Sequence record: NC_023688.1
Direction: 5' to 3' (one strand)
DNA: 64,000 nucleotides
Shown one piece after another: positions 22,444-32,035 of this stretch (within the stretch, counting starts at the first letter, position 1; every line of letters starts with the position of its first letter). Made by a program: the position numbers and the translations under genes. Under the pieces are notes generated by a model, which was not told the origin of the DNA, made no database searches, and was given only the letters and a program-made list of their open reading frames with translations.

Positions 22444-24051
22444 ATGTCTAAGAAATCTCTCCTGAAAAAATGGCAGCCGCTGGTAGAAAGTGAAGGTATG
22501 CCTGCTATTGCTTCTATGCAACGCAAAGATATCGTCGCTCGTATCTTCGAAAACCAAGATGAAGATATTGCACATAACGAAGGTGGTGTGTATACTGATC
22601 AGGTAGTTGTTAACTCCATGGTTGACGTTAAGGGTCGTCTGGAAGAAGCTAAAGCTCTGCAAGAAGCAAACATCGGTGGTGATCACGGTTACGATGCTAC
22701 CAAAATCGCTTCTGGCGAAATGTCTGGTTCTATCACCAACGTCGGTCCTGCTGTTATGGGTCTGGTACGTCGCGCTATTCCGCAACTGATTGCGTTTGAT
22801 ATCTGCGGTGTTCAGCCAATGACCAGCTCTACCGGTCAAGTGTTTACTCTGCGCGCCATCTACGGCGGCGACTCACAAGACGCTAACGCTCGCGAAGCTT
22901 TCCACCCAGCATTCAGCCCTGACGCTGATTTCTCTGGTCGTGGTGCTCAAGTCAAGATCGCCGAATTCGCTCGCGGTACTGCATTCGCTAACGGTGCATT
23001 TGCTCACCTGTTCATCGAAGCTGCTACTGGTGTTCAAGCTGGTACCAAGACTGTTCAGTTCATCAAGGACTATGCAATCGACGCTCTGCCTGCTGAACAA
23101 GTTGAAGCTGGTCTGGCTTACAAATGGCTGCTGGCTCAAGGCTACGCTGTAGAAACTAGCTCTGCAATGGCTACCGCTTTTGCCGAATTGCAACAAGGTT
23201 TCAACGGTTCTACCGGTAACGAGTGGAATGAAATGTCTTTCCGTATTGACAAACAAGTTGTTGAAGCTAAATCTCGTCAACTGAAAGCTCAATACTCTAT
23301 CGAAATGGCACAAGATCTTCGCGCTGTTCACGGTCTGGACGCTGATAGCGAACTGTCTAGCATTCTGGCTAACGAAATCATGCACGAAATCAACCGTGAA
23401 ATGGTTCTGTGGATTAACGCTACTGCTAAAGTAGGTAAGACTGGCTGGACCAACATGCACGGCGGCAAATCTGGTGTGTTTGACTTCCAAGACACCAAAG
23501 ACATCCGTGGCGCTCGTTGGGCTGGTGAAAGCTACAAAGCTCTGGTAGTTCAGATTGACAAAGAAGCGAACGAAATCGCTCGTCAAACTGGTCGTGGACA
23601 AGGTAACTTCATTATCTGTTCTCGTAACGTTGCCGCTGCTCTGGGTCACACCGACATGATGGTTACTCCGGCTGCTCAAGGTGCTAATACCACTATGAAT
23701 ACCGACACCACTTCAAGTCTGTTCGCTGGTGTTCTGGCTGGTAAGTATCGTGTGTATATCGACCAATACGCTGTTGAAGATTACTTCACCGTTGGTTACA
23801 AAGGTAGCTCTGAAATGGACGCTGGTCTGTTCTACTGCCCATACGTTGCTCTGACCCCACTGCGCGGTACTGATCCTAAGAACTTCCAACCAGTTCTGGG
23901 CTTCAAGACTCGTTATGGTGTTAAACTGCACCCAATGGCTGATTCTATGCAGAACAAAGGCTTTGCTAAGATCACCAACGGTATGCCGCAACACACCAAC
24001 ATGTTCGGTAAGAACGCATTCTTCCGTCGTGTTCTGGTTGCTGGTGTATAA
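22444..24051 (+). CDS. gp23: Major capsid protein gp23
   Basis: EANIGGDHGY, GLVRRAIPQLIAFDICGVQPM, AKSRQLKAQYSIEMAQDL, YCPYVAL...FKTRYG; CTAAATA at 22377-22383. Confidence 0.99.
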   Translation: MSKKSLLKKWQPLVESEGMPAIASMQRKDIVARIFENQDEDIAHNEGGVYTDQVVVNSMVDVKGRLEEAKALQEANIGGDHGYDATKIASGEMSGSITNVGPAVMGLVRRAIPQLIAFDICGVQPMTSSTGQVFTLRAIYGGDSQDANAREAFHPAFSPDADFSGRGAQVKIAEFARGTAFANGAFAHLFIEAATGVQAGTKTVQFIKDYAIDALPAEQVEAGLAYKWLLAQGYAVETSSAMATAFAELQQGFNGSTGNEWNEMSFRIDKQVVEAKSRQLKAQYSIEMAQDLRAVHGLDADSELSSILANEIMHEINREMVLWINATAKVGKTGWTNMHGGKSGVFDFQDTKDIRGARWAGESYKALVVQIDKEANEIARQTGRGQGNFIICSRNVAAALGHTDMMVTPAAQGANTTMNTDTTSSLFAGVLAGKYRVYIDQYAVEDYFTVGYKGSSEMDAGLFYCPYVALTPLRGTDPKNFQPVLGFKTRYGVKLHPMADSMQNKGFAKITNGMPQHTNMFGKNAFFRRVLVAGV

Positions 24052-24070
24052 TAGCTAATCTAGCACATAA

Positions 24071-24099
24071 GAAGGGAGGGCGCAAGCTCTCCCTTTTTT
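24071..24099 (+). terminator. Terminator after gp23
   Basis: AAGGGAG...CTCCCTT hairpin followed by T-run; CTAAATA at 24103-24109 follows. Confidence 0.8.
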
Positions 24100-24136
24100 C
24101 GTCTAAATATACAGAGAAAACCCAAAGGGAGTTAAA

Positions 24137-25315
24137 ATGCTAAAAGATCTTATTATGGAGTCTAGTGGTGCATCAAGCATTGAATCTGGACGTCCTACTC
24201 TGGTCGCATTGACTAGAAAAACACAAGAAAAGATTTACAAAGAATTGGTATCGATCCAGCCAACAAAACAACCACTTGCTACTGTATATGGGATGCGTTT
24301 GGACTACGTTGCGAAAGATGGATCATTATATGATACTCAACTGGATCACCGTACACATGGCGGTATCTATAAAATTGGATATTCAAGTCTACCGGATCCA
24401 TCAAATGTTCAAAATGTTGGAGATCAATTTCAATTTAATGGTTATGCGTTTGAAGTATTGCAGGCTGGTGATTATGTTACTGGTTTCACAATAGAAGAAG
24501 ATTATCATCGTGCGATGATTCGCGGTAAATTGCGTTTGCTTGCTGATGGAATTGATTATGCAAACGAACAAGATGGACAAGAAGTTGTCCCAGAAGTCAG
24601 ATTTACTTTGAATCGTTGGTCTGCTCTGGTTCGCGCTAGAAAGATGAAATGTCCGATTACCATTGAATTGCTGCAAGATATGGAGCGTGAGCATCTTAAT
24701 TCTAATGATGCAATCGAAGATCTATTAGCAACAGCAATCTCAGAAGAAGTGAATAGCGACATCGTTTCTAAACTGATTTGTGTTAGTAGCAAAGAGAAAG
24801 AATTGAACCTTATCAACTATGAGACAACATATTTCCAAGGTCGTGAGATCATTAGCAAAGCTTGTCGTATGGCTGCCGAAGTTGAATGGTGGACATCATT
24901 TGAAGCAACTTATTTGGTTGCGAGTTTCAAAGTTGCCGGTATTATTCGTGGCAGTGGTCAAGTTGACGATTCTGGTTTTATTAAAGGTACCAAAATGAAA
25001 TTGATCATGGATGGTAACGCTATTGTCGATTATTTCATGGTTGGTACAAAAGTAGATGGTGGCTCAGATAGTATGGATAATGCGAGTGGAGTATTCTATT
25101 CCCCTTATCAAGAAGAAGATGAAGCTGGTACTTTCTTGGTGACATCAGAACCGGGTGCAATTCAGCCAGTTGTTGGTGTTATTAGTCGTTATGCTTTGAG
25201 CTGCTTCCCAGATTATGCTGATGTTGCTCAAGGTGCAAAACCGAATGGCGAGGACTGGCAGAAAGCGGCTAATCGCAGTGTGTTTGTACGACTAACCCCA
25301 GTCGTTGTAGAATAA
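24137..25315 (+). CDS. gp24: Capsid vertex protein gp24
   Basis: GRPTLVALTR...IYKELVSIQPTKQPLATVYG, ITIELLQDME, GVFYSPY. Confidence 0.92.
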   Translation: MLKDLIMESSGASSIESGRPTLVALTRKTQEKIYKELVSIQPTKQPLATVYGMRLDYVAKDGSLYDTQLDHRTHGGIYKIGYSSLPDPSNVQNVGDQFQFNGYAFEVLQAGDYVTGFTIEEDYHRAMIRGKLRLLADGIDYANEQDGQEVVPEVRFTLNRWSALVRARKMKCPITIELLQDMEREHLNSNDAIEDLLATAISEEVNSDIVSKLICVSSKEKELNLINYETTYFQGREIISKACRMAAEVEWWTSFEATYLVASFKVAGIIRGSGQVDDSGFIKGTKMKLIMDGNAIVDYFMVGTKVDGGSDSMDNASGVFYSPYQEEDEAGTFLVTSEPGAIQPVVGVISRYALSCFPDYADVAQGAKPNGEDWQKAANRSVFVRLTPVVVE

Positions 25316-25326
25316 GGAAAACAAAA

Positions 25327-25533
25327 ATGTCAATGTATAACACCGATCATATCACGACTCTGATCTCTGAGCGTATTCTTAACAAGAGTCCAGAACAGAA
25401 AGAGAAAGAGCGTCTAGAAGAAGCTCGTATGCTGCGTGAATCGCGCTTGGTTGATGGTATCTCCAAGACCCGTGCGTTCCTATCGACTCTCGATGAAAGT
25501 CAGCGTGTGCGCTTCCTACAGAGTATTAGATAA
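25327..25533 (+). CDS. Small late protein (68 aa)
   Basis: AAGGA RBS; last gene before a bidirectional terminator. Confidence 0.7.
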   Translation: MSMYNTDHITTLISERILNKSPEQKEKERLEEARMLRESRLVDGISKTRAFLSTLDESQRVRFLQSIR

Positions 25534-25566
25534 CAAAAAGGCCACTCGATTGAGTGGCCTTTCTTT
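25534..25566. terminator. Bidirectional terminator
   Basis: AAAAGGCCACTC-GATT-GAGTGGCCTTT between convergent genes. Confidence 0.85.
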
Positions 25567-25908
25567 TTACATAAGAGAAGTGACGATAGATACAAACAAT
25601 TCATCTTTGATGCGTTGTTCCATCGGGAGTTCATCATATTCAACTACACACGGGTGTGTTTTTAAAACAGAATCTTTAATCTCACCGTATTTCCATCCAT
25701 CAGCTCGTTTAACAGCTAACCATCCGTTGTGTGACTCTTCCGGAGTCATATCTGGGTTTTGCAAAATTGATTTTACGCCAATAATGCACGACTCTTTTTG
25801 CCAGTCTTCGGATTCGCTCCAAGATCTTAGACTATCATCACCCAATAACAGATTATAGCAACGGCAAGTTTCATGACAGACTTTGGCAATTTGTTCAACG
25901 GTTAACAT
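25567..25908 (-). CDS. RyR (ryanodine receptor repeat)-like domain protein
   Basis: SHNGWLAVKRADGWKYG..KD...KTHPCVVEYDELP.EQRIKD. Confidence 0.75.
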   Translation of the reverse strand: MLTVEQIAKVCHETCRCYNLLLGDDSLRSWSESEDWQKESCIIGVKSILQNPDMTPEESHNGWLAVKRADGWKYGEIKDSVLKTHPCVVEYDELPMEQRIKDELFVSIVTSLM

Positions 25909-25943
25909 TTCAAGATTCCTTCTTTAATTAATACTAAACGTAT

Positions 25944-26489
25944 TTATTCGAGAAAGGAAAGATCTATTTGTTTGTTTGATGAAACCTCTACTTCTATCTG
26001 GAATTTATCGCACCACTTTTTAAGATGTTCTGGATCATACAGATTATAAACCGGTATTCCGTTTCGTCTTGCCAGAACAAACGCGGTTCTAGTCCCACCT
26101 TGTACGACTTTATTTCTCACCGGCGCATAGCACAATAAGAAATCTGATGGTGTATTCAGATCTCTACCTAAAACTTGATAAGCGTTTCTTGTGTGTAGCC
26201 ATTGAGAATAAAAATCCAGATATTCAAAGTGCGGGATAATACGCTTGACCATTTCTTCCGCTTCAAAGAAGTTATCGAAGTTCAGAACGTTTATTCCCTT
26301 GTCGTCCGGTCGATAGATCTCGCATAGACTAGGATCGTAGTCTGATAACCACGCCTGATCCATGCCAATCGCACCACCTGAGCGTCCGATAAATCCCTTA
26401 TCTGACAGATTGCGCCCGATTTTGGACGCAATGCCAGCGATTTGAGACGGTGGGAAACGAGTTCCCACCAGTGTCGCTATCTTTTTCAT
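25944..26489 (-). CDS. SLOG/DprA-like Rossmann-fold protein
   Basis: LVGTR, SGGAIGMDQA, RNAYQVLG, GGTRTAFVLA...IPVYNL. Confidence 0.75.
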   Translation of the reverse strand: MKKIATLVGTRFPPSQIAGIASKIGRNLSDKGFIGRSGGAIGMDQAWLSDYDPSLCEIYRPDDKGINVLNFDNFFEAEEMVKRIIPHFEYLDFYSQWLHTRNAYQVLGRDLNTPSDFLLCYAPVRNKVVQGGTRTAFVLARRNGIPVYNLYDPEHLKKWCDKFQIEVEVSSNKQIDLSFLE

Positions 26490-26495
26490 TAGTCC

Positions 26496-27632
26496 TTATT
26501 CGAATTTGCAGCGAGTCAGAACAGTTTGTTTTGTGCCATTATACTCGCGATGTTCTTTTACTGTACCAGCAATCTGAATTTCTTCGTTTTTGTCGAACTC
26601 GCGATATCCAGACGCAAACCAAACAAAGATGTTCCCGCTAGTATCAATCATGTTAACGATAGTGGTAGTGCCGTACATTGTTTCGAATGCTTTGGTACCA
26701 ATCACAGTCAGTTGCAACCCGCGCAAACGTTCAGCAACATTACCGATGTGATTTGAATTTTGTCCCACTTTTTCCTTGATTTTGCGCTCGTTTTCCTTAT
26801 CGAGATCTCGGAGATAGCAGGCCACCGCAGATACAGCATATCCCATTGCCTTGCTGGAAACATGACCATTCTTTGCGATTTGCTTTACGTTTTCGCTGTA
26901 AGAGCCATCACCAAATGGTTTCATGTTCATCATGAATTGAGAGCACGGAATAACATGACTTTCAAACTCTTTGATGTCTTCCATAGTAATGACAGACTTC
27001 GGAGAATTAAGAATGTTATCAACTACACAGCGAGTCGGAACGTTATCTTCGCTACCGTGTTCTGCTTTCACATAACCAAAGCGTTTGATTGCCGTGACGG
27101 CAGCACAAATCACTTTATCCAGCTCGGTATATGCGATGCGATGAATAGTTGAACCATAGCTTTCTTCGTTATCGAGATCTTTCATTTCCTCGAAGAATGC
27201 GATCATGCTGGACGGATTAACGTGACCCATGTAATGTTTCAGACAAGAGCCGCCAACCTGCATGAACTTTTCATCGTCGGTAATGATGAAAGTGTTTGCG
27301 CGATAACGATTGGTATTGCAATGATCACAACTGCATTTGAGTTCGGAAACATTACGATACTTTTGAGAAATTTCGCGAACACCATAAGTCAGATTTTCCT
27401 CATGATTGATCTTAGCAACGAAAGTCCAGCCACCAGGCATCTTAGGAGCTTCGCCAGTAATCTCAATGATGAAACGCTTATAGTATGCGTCGATCTTATC
27501 ATCACGAACATATTCAGTATCGACAATCTCGAATGTCGGAGCAGCAATTCCCATTTTGGCAGCGATACGCGCCAATTTGTTCATACGTTCTTTAAACTTT
27601 TCAAGAAACAGTTCGTCGATTTTGATTTTCAT
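26496..27632 (-). CDS. Conserved hypothetical protein with Zn-binding (CDHC...C) and C-terminal OB-fold-like region
   Basis: GAGG RBS; sigma70-like promoter TTGACT-17-TATAAT at 27665-27693. Confidence 0.7.
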   Translation of the reverse strand: MKIKIDELFLEKFKERMNKLARIAAKMGIAAPTFEIVDTEYVRDDKIDAYYKRFIIEITGEAPKMPGGWTFVAKINHEENLTYGVREISQKYRNVSELKCSCDHCNTNRYRANTFIITDDEKFMQVGGSCLKHYMGHVNPSSMIAFFEEMKDLDNEESYGSTIHRIAYTELDKVICAAVTAIKRFGYVKAEHGSEDNVPTRCVVDNILNSPKSVITMEDIKEFESHVIPCSQFMMNMKPFGDGSYSENVKQIAKNGHVSSKAMGYAVSAVACYLRDLDKENERKIKEKVGQNSNHIGNVAERLRGLQLTVIGTKAFETMYGTTTIVNMIDTSGNIFVWFASGYREFDKNEEIQIAGTVKEHREYNGTKQTVLTRCKFE

Positions 27633-27696
27633 GATGTATTCCTCTCGTTTGTTGATGTGAGCCATTATACAGGCTCACGAACACAAGTCAACTACT

Positions 27697-28044
27697 TTAG
27701 CCTGCCATTACTGCTTTTTCGAAAGCCATGGTCATTGCGGTTTGCGGCATCGCTTTCTTCTGTTGTTCGCGTTTTTCGATGCGCTGTTTGCGCTCGACTT
27801 TGGTCGGAGTGAAAGTCCAGATCTTGCGGCGTTGAACAACAGGAGGAACGATTTCGACTTGATCCTGTTCTACACTCGGGACATCCATAACAACAAACGA
27901 TTTTGATTGAATACGCGCTTGCTCAACTTCTTTGATCCAGCGACTAACGGTAGAAGCAGATACTTCCAGTTGTCGTGCGATTTCTGCTTTAGCAACACCA
28001 TTTTCGTTCATGAAGTGTGCTTTGATTTTGATAGCGTTTGACAT
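27697..28044 (-). CDS. HTH protein (paralog 2)
   Basis: AKAEIARQLEVSASTVSRWI helix-turn-helix. Confidence 0.75.
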   Translation of the reverse strand: MSNAIKIKAHFMNENGVAKAEIARQLEVSASTVSRWIKEVEQARIQSKSFVVMDVPSVEQDQVEIVPPVVQRRKIWTFTPTKVERKQRIEKREQQKKAMPQTAMTMAFEKAVMAG

Positions 28045-28054
28045 TGTATTATCC

Positions 28055-28282
28055 TTAGGCTGCTTTTTTCGGGTTGTTGTAAACATACTTGGCACGACGC
28101 TGAACTTTACCAGCAAACTGAGATTCCAGCTTTGCAACTACTTGTTCACGACGCATATCATTTACTTTGTCGATGTAACGACCAACGGTGCGAGGTGATA
28201 CATTCAGTTCGCGGGCAACTTGAGCTTTGGTTTTGTTGGCGGAGTTAACGGCAAAGTAAGCTTTGATTTCTACGTTTTTCAT
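28055..28282 (-). CDS. HTH protein (paralog 1)
   Basis: TKAQVARELNVSPRTVGRYI helix-turn-helix. Confidence 0.75.
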   Translation of the reverse strand: MKNVEIKAYFAVNSANKTKAQVARELNVSPRTVGRYIDKVNDMRREQVVAKLESQFAGKVQRRAKYVYNNPKKAA

Positions 28283-28317
28283 GGTGTATTCCTCAGTTGT
28301 TTGTGAATCGCGTCTCG

Positions 28318-28379
28318 CGTTTCGATGTAGCTATAATAACAGAGTCAGATTTCGATGCAAGCACTTTTTCGAAAAAGAA
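28318..28379 (-). promoter_or_regulatory. Extended early promoter element, copy A
   Basis: Minus strand: A-tract, TTGCAT, spacer, TATTATAGC, then ATCGAAACG; near-duplicate at 60083-60144. Confidence 0.75.
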
Positions 28380-28404
28380 AGAAAAATACCACCCGAAGGT
28401 GGAT

Positions 28405-28878
28405 TTATAGATAGATCACAGTTGATTCTTGAATTCCGTCTTTGGAAACATGAACAAACATGCTGTTGCGCGGCTCGCGAACAACTACAGGCATACCAGA
28501 TTCTTTCATCAACTTAGCAACGAACTTCTTGAAGTCGCTATCAGCATCAGATTTCAACTCGGCATGTTGACTAGCGTCGATACAGCTAAACCAATACTTG
28601 CCGCTAACGTTGCTCATGTTCCACGCCCATGGATAATCCTCGCCTACCACATCAAATGCAGTCAACTTAGTTGTTTTGGCAACAATGTCCTCAACGATTG
28701 CTTTGTTGAATTCCTCGACAAGTTCTTTTTTGAACTCGACGTCGATTTCATCTTTGATTTCATCGATAACCGGGGTCGGAACTTCATCTTCAATCACAAT
28801 CTTTTCGACAACTTCGGGCATTTCTTGCTTGACTTCATCGACCGGCGCGATCGGCTGCACTTTCTCTTTCTTCGCCAT
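28405..28878 (-). CDS. Inh-like paralog (acidic N-terminus)
   Basis: C-terminal VVVREPRNSMF matches inh VRVRESRNSEY; CTAAATA upstream on minus strand (28923-28929). Confidence 0.6.
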   Translation of the reverse strand: MAKKEKVQPIAPVDEVKQEMPEVVEKIVIEDEVPTPVIDEIKDEIDVEFKKELVEEFNKAIVEDIVAKTTKLTAFDVVGEDYPWAWNMSNVSGKYWFSCIDASQHAELKSDADSDFKKFVAKLMKESGMPVVVREPRNSMFVHVSKDGIQESTVIYL

Positions 28879-28925
28879 TATTCTCTCCTTTATAAGAAAG
28901 CCCGATTTACGGGCTATATCTGTAT

Positions 28926-29627
28926 TTAGAAGAAGTGATGATACTCACTGTTGCGAGACTCACGAACTCGAACTTTACCGTTTACCTGAATGTAATACAG
29001 CATATCGATCAGAAAATCTTTGTCGTGTCCTGTGTAGTTCATGACATTGATCTTCCAATCTCTCGGTTGCTCAAGAATCCAATCCAAAACCCAGTATGGC
29101 AGATTTAGATATGCATCCTTCCCGTAACCAATAAGTTCCGATTTCGGACGATAGTCGTTTCCTATATGAACAATGTGATGACCACTAGAAGGAACGTCAC
29201 CATTTCCAATGGATTTCAGAATTCCCATTGCTTCCATCTGCGTGAAGTTCACTTTCGGAGTAGATACGTCAATCACTTGATCTTTCAGAAAGTCAGCAAC
29301 GGTATAAGTACCGGTTGGTTTCACTTCTTCGATATCAGTTCCAAGATCGATTGGACACGCGCCATCACACTCAGTCACTTCTGTAACCGGAGTAACATCG
29401 ACTTTGATTTCTTCGTCAATCTCTGGCGGACCAAAAGACGGAACATCCGATACGCCATTAGCCATGGCATCGAGTTTGTCCATGATCAGATTAATCTGAT
29501 CTTTAACGCTAATGCCAGTCTTCGGCACTTTTACGCCGTGTTCTTTGCAATACTTCTGAATTGCGGCTTTTGCATCTGCCGCTGGTAGTTCATCTTTGAA
29601 CTTATAGATTTGTTCGATATCAATCAA
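28926..29627 (-). CDS. inh: Inhibitor of prohead protease Inh
   Basis: AKAAIQKYCKEHGVKV, LPYWVLDWI...DWK, YYIQVNGKVRVRESRNS. Confidence 0.88.
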   Translation of the reverse strand: MIDIEQIYKFKDELPAADAKAAIQKYCKEHGVKVPKTGISVKDQINLIMDKLDAMANGVSDVPSFGPPEIDEEIKVDVTPVTEVTECDGACPIDLGTDIEEVKPTGTYTVADFLKDQVIDVSTPKVNFTQMEAMGILKSIGNGDVPSSGHHIVHIGNDYRPKSELIGYGKDAYLNLPYWVLDWILEQPRDWKINVMNYTGHDKDFLIDMLYYIQVNGKVRVRESRNSEYHHFF

Positions 29628-30052
29628 GCGTTTAGTGCTCCATGTTTAGCCACGAGTTTATCAATCGTGTCTGTTTGTGTAAGACGTAGTTTAGCAAGAT
29701 CCATCATGTCAGTAAACACACGAATCTCGTTTTCAATAAATCGATCGGTGTCGATAATAAACAGTTCGTGAAACCCACGTTCGGTAACTCGCTTGCGAGG
29801 TCCGTTATCCGAACTCTCGCGTTCTGGACACTGAATTAACTGAACAAAAGCTTTATTGCTCATGTAAGTGCGACCATATTGAGTTACCGGCACAACTTTG
29901 GTAGCTCGAATCACGTAGAACTTGAATCCTTCGTTACCACGATGAATTGCAATCGCACCCGGCTGATGATGTGCATAGTTATTATCGGAATCTGATTTCA
30001 GAATCGGATAGTTTTTGAACCAATCCTGACGATCATTCTTATACTCGGCCAT
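29624..30052 (-). CDS. Hypothetical protein
   Basis: Coupled ORF in minus-strand run. Confidence 0.7.
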   Translation of the reverse strand: MAEYKNDRQDWFKNYPILKSDSDNNYAHHQPGAIAIHRGNEGFKFYVIRATKVVPVTQYGRTYMSNKAFVQLIQCPERESSDNGPRKRVTERGFHELFIIDTDRFIENEIRVFTDMMDLAKLRLTQTDTIDKLVAKHGALNA

Positions 30053-30266
30053 TGTATTTTGTCTCTAATAGATGTTTTGCGTAGTAACCAGCACCACAAA
30101 TCGGGCCGGCAATGAGTACCATAATTGTGTAACAAGTCCTCAAAACCGGGATTTCTTGATTATACAGTGAAACGCAAATGATTGCAAATATATATCCCAG
30201 CATGGAAGCAATCATGCCGTTTGCTCCCATACAGTATTTCTTAATGAATTTAAGAAAGTTTACCAT
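30039..30266 (-). CDS. Small two-TM membrane protein
   Basis: Two hydrophobic segments; overlaps neighbours. Confidence 0.65.
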   Translation of the reverse strand: MVNFLKFIKKYCMGANGMIASMLGYIFAIICVSLYNQEIPVLRTCYTIMVLIAGPICGAGYYAKHLLETKYNGRV

Positions 30267-30529
30267 TTGATTTCCAAATACGATTGGTCCAATTGATTCA
30301 TCCCGTTGTGCATTTTTGCGGTGAACCCAGCATTCAAAAGCTCACGAAGAATCAACTCGCGTACTTCATAGCGCGGTACTGCGGTAATGCTACATTGACG
30401 AAGACCACGTTTGGCAGCAGCCTTGATCGCCGGTTCCACAGTAGTTGTCATGTAATCACCGATGATAGCAACGCTATTTTCTTCGGTCATTTTGATTGCG
30501 TCTTTTGCTGTAATCATTTTTATCTCCAC
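30260..30529 (-). CDS. Hypothetical protein
   Basis: GGAG RBS; co-oriented. Confidence 0.7.
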   Translation of the reverse strand: MEIKMITAKDAIKMTEENSVAIIGDYMTTTVEPAIKAAAKRGLRQCSITAVPRYEVRELILRELLNAGFTAKMHNGMNQLDQSYLEIKW

Positions 30530-30560
30530 AAAGAGGGCCGAAGCACTCAGTTAATTTTTT

Positions 30561-31586
30561 TTACCAATCACCGTCACAGATAGAAACCCAATTCGGACGA
30601 ATCAGATTGCCGATTTCGGTGTTGATCAGTCGCATAACTCGTCCAGCTTCATCTGCCGCTTCTTTGACAGATACGCCGTCCAGTTCATCGCGCTCATAGT
30701 CTTTTTGTACGTCTTTTGACATCAGACCCAGAACTTTACCGAACTCGCTGGTTTTCGGAGTATCCATTTTGGACAACACATTCTTGAGGCGATTATCAGT
30801 GATATAGCGAGTGATGTCAAGAACAAGTGCATTGTCTTTTTCTGACAGCTCTTTTACCACAGCTTGAACAGCGCGACCTTTACCGGTTTCACTCCATTTC
30901 TCGTTTTTGCACTTGATCGCAACACGATTTCCATTCTTGAAACGAGCTGGCACGTTCGGCTTAGCCACGTAACCTTCTGCGATATTATCAGTGCCAACTC
31001 GAATGTCAATAGCTTTGCCAGCATTAACTTCCATGACAACAGATTGCAGATCGACCGGGATTTTCATGATCTCAGCGAAAGTACCGACTTTCAACAGCGG
31101 AGCGGTTTTCAGACCCAGTGCCTTGCACAGTTCTTCTACTTGCAGATCTTCCAGCATGAATTGACTGCCGTCTTTCTCTTGAATCAGAACGTCAAACACA
31201 TAGAAATCTTGCGGACCGTACTCAATACCAGTCTGAATCCATTTGCCGTGAGTCATGATGCCAGCATATTCACCGAATACACCAACAGCAGCACCTTCAC
31301 CACACAGTTCAAGATGAATCATTGCTTTTCGCAGTTCTTTGATCTTGCTCTCATATCGGGCAACAATTACTTGATGATCATAGAAACCGGATGCTTCACC
31401 GATGAATTGTGAACGTTTCGCACAGGTAAATCGTTCAGCATCACTCCACATAGAGAAGTTGGTGCCGTGAATCTTTTCCCGAGCGGTCCATACCACATTC
31501 GGCCCACCAAAGCCTTGCTCTTGTACCGCAAAGATCAGCTTTTGCTTGGTGTGATTTTCCATTTCTGGATAGCCTTGAAATTTCAT
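30561..31586 (-). CDS. rnlB: RNA ligase 2
   Basis: AREKIHGTNFS motif I, FGEY, FYVFDV, AEGYV, AIKCKNEKWSE; GAGG RBS before ATG 31586. Confidence 0.95.
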   Translation of the reverse strand: MKFQGYPEMENHTKQKLIFAVQEQGFGGPNVVWTAREKIHGTNFSMWSDAERFTCAKRSQFIGEASGFYDHQVIVARYESKIKELRKAMIHLELCGEGAAVGVFGEYAGIMTHGKWIQTGIEYGPQDFYVFDVLIQEKDGSQFMLEDLQVEELCKALGLKTAPLLKVGTFAEIMKIPVDLQSVVMEVNAGKAIDIRVGTDNIAEGYVAKPNVPARFKNGNRVAIKCKNEKWSETGKGRAVQAVVKELSEKDNALVLDITRYITDNRLKNVLSKMDTPKTSEFGKVLGLMSKDVQKDYERDELDGVSVKEAADEAGRVMRLINTEIGNLIRPNWVSICDGDW

Positions 31587-31587
31587 C

Positions 31588-31899
31588 TTATTTCCTCTTA
31601 TTACGCTTTTTGTTTTTGTTTGAGTTGATTTCGCCATTCGGAATTGTGTCGTTTGCAACCCCAAATCCCTTAGGTTTTACTTTTTTGCCCTTGCCACCTA
31701 GTCGGTGACTGATGCAATTTCGATGTTGAAAGTTTCGATTGAGATTTGATGCTCGCAGTTCGCGAATCGTATCTGCCATCGTCTTTTTATTATCGTCTGT
31801 ATCGAATGCGCCGTCAACACCTTTTTTCAAAAGATAAAAGACACCGATTATGGTACCGAGCACGGCGATACCACCAAATTCGTTCATATCAAAAAACAT
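31588..31899 (-). CDS. Hypothetical protein, N-terminal TM and basic tail
   Basis: GGAG RBS before ATG 31899. Confidence 0.6.
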   Translation of the reverse strand: MFFDMNEFGGIAVLGTIIGVFYLLKKGVDGAFDTDDNKKTMADTIRELRASNLNRNFQHRNCISHRLGGKGKKVKPKGFGVANDTIPNGEINSNKNKKRNKRK

Positions 31900-32035
31900 A
31901 TCGTCTCCTGTTTCAATGCAATCATTCTTACACATCAAAAATCTTGAGTCAAGAAAAATTTGCCAAAAAGAGGAGAGTTCCCGTGCAAGAAACTCTCCTC
32001 TTTTACATTCCATTGTAGATACACTATTTTTATTG

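Noticed and set aside
22873-23679. 268-aa ORF antisense to gp23 (likewise 18720-19298, 39172-39915, 53667-54476, 1581-2192)
   Set aside because: Antisense shadows of strongly biased genes; low-complexity products
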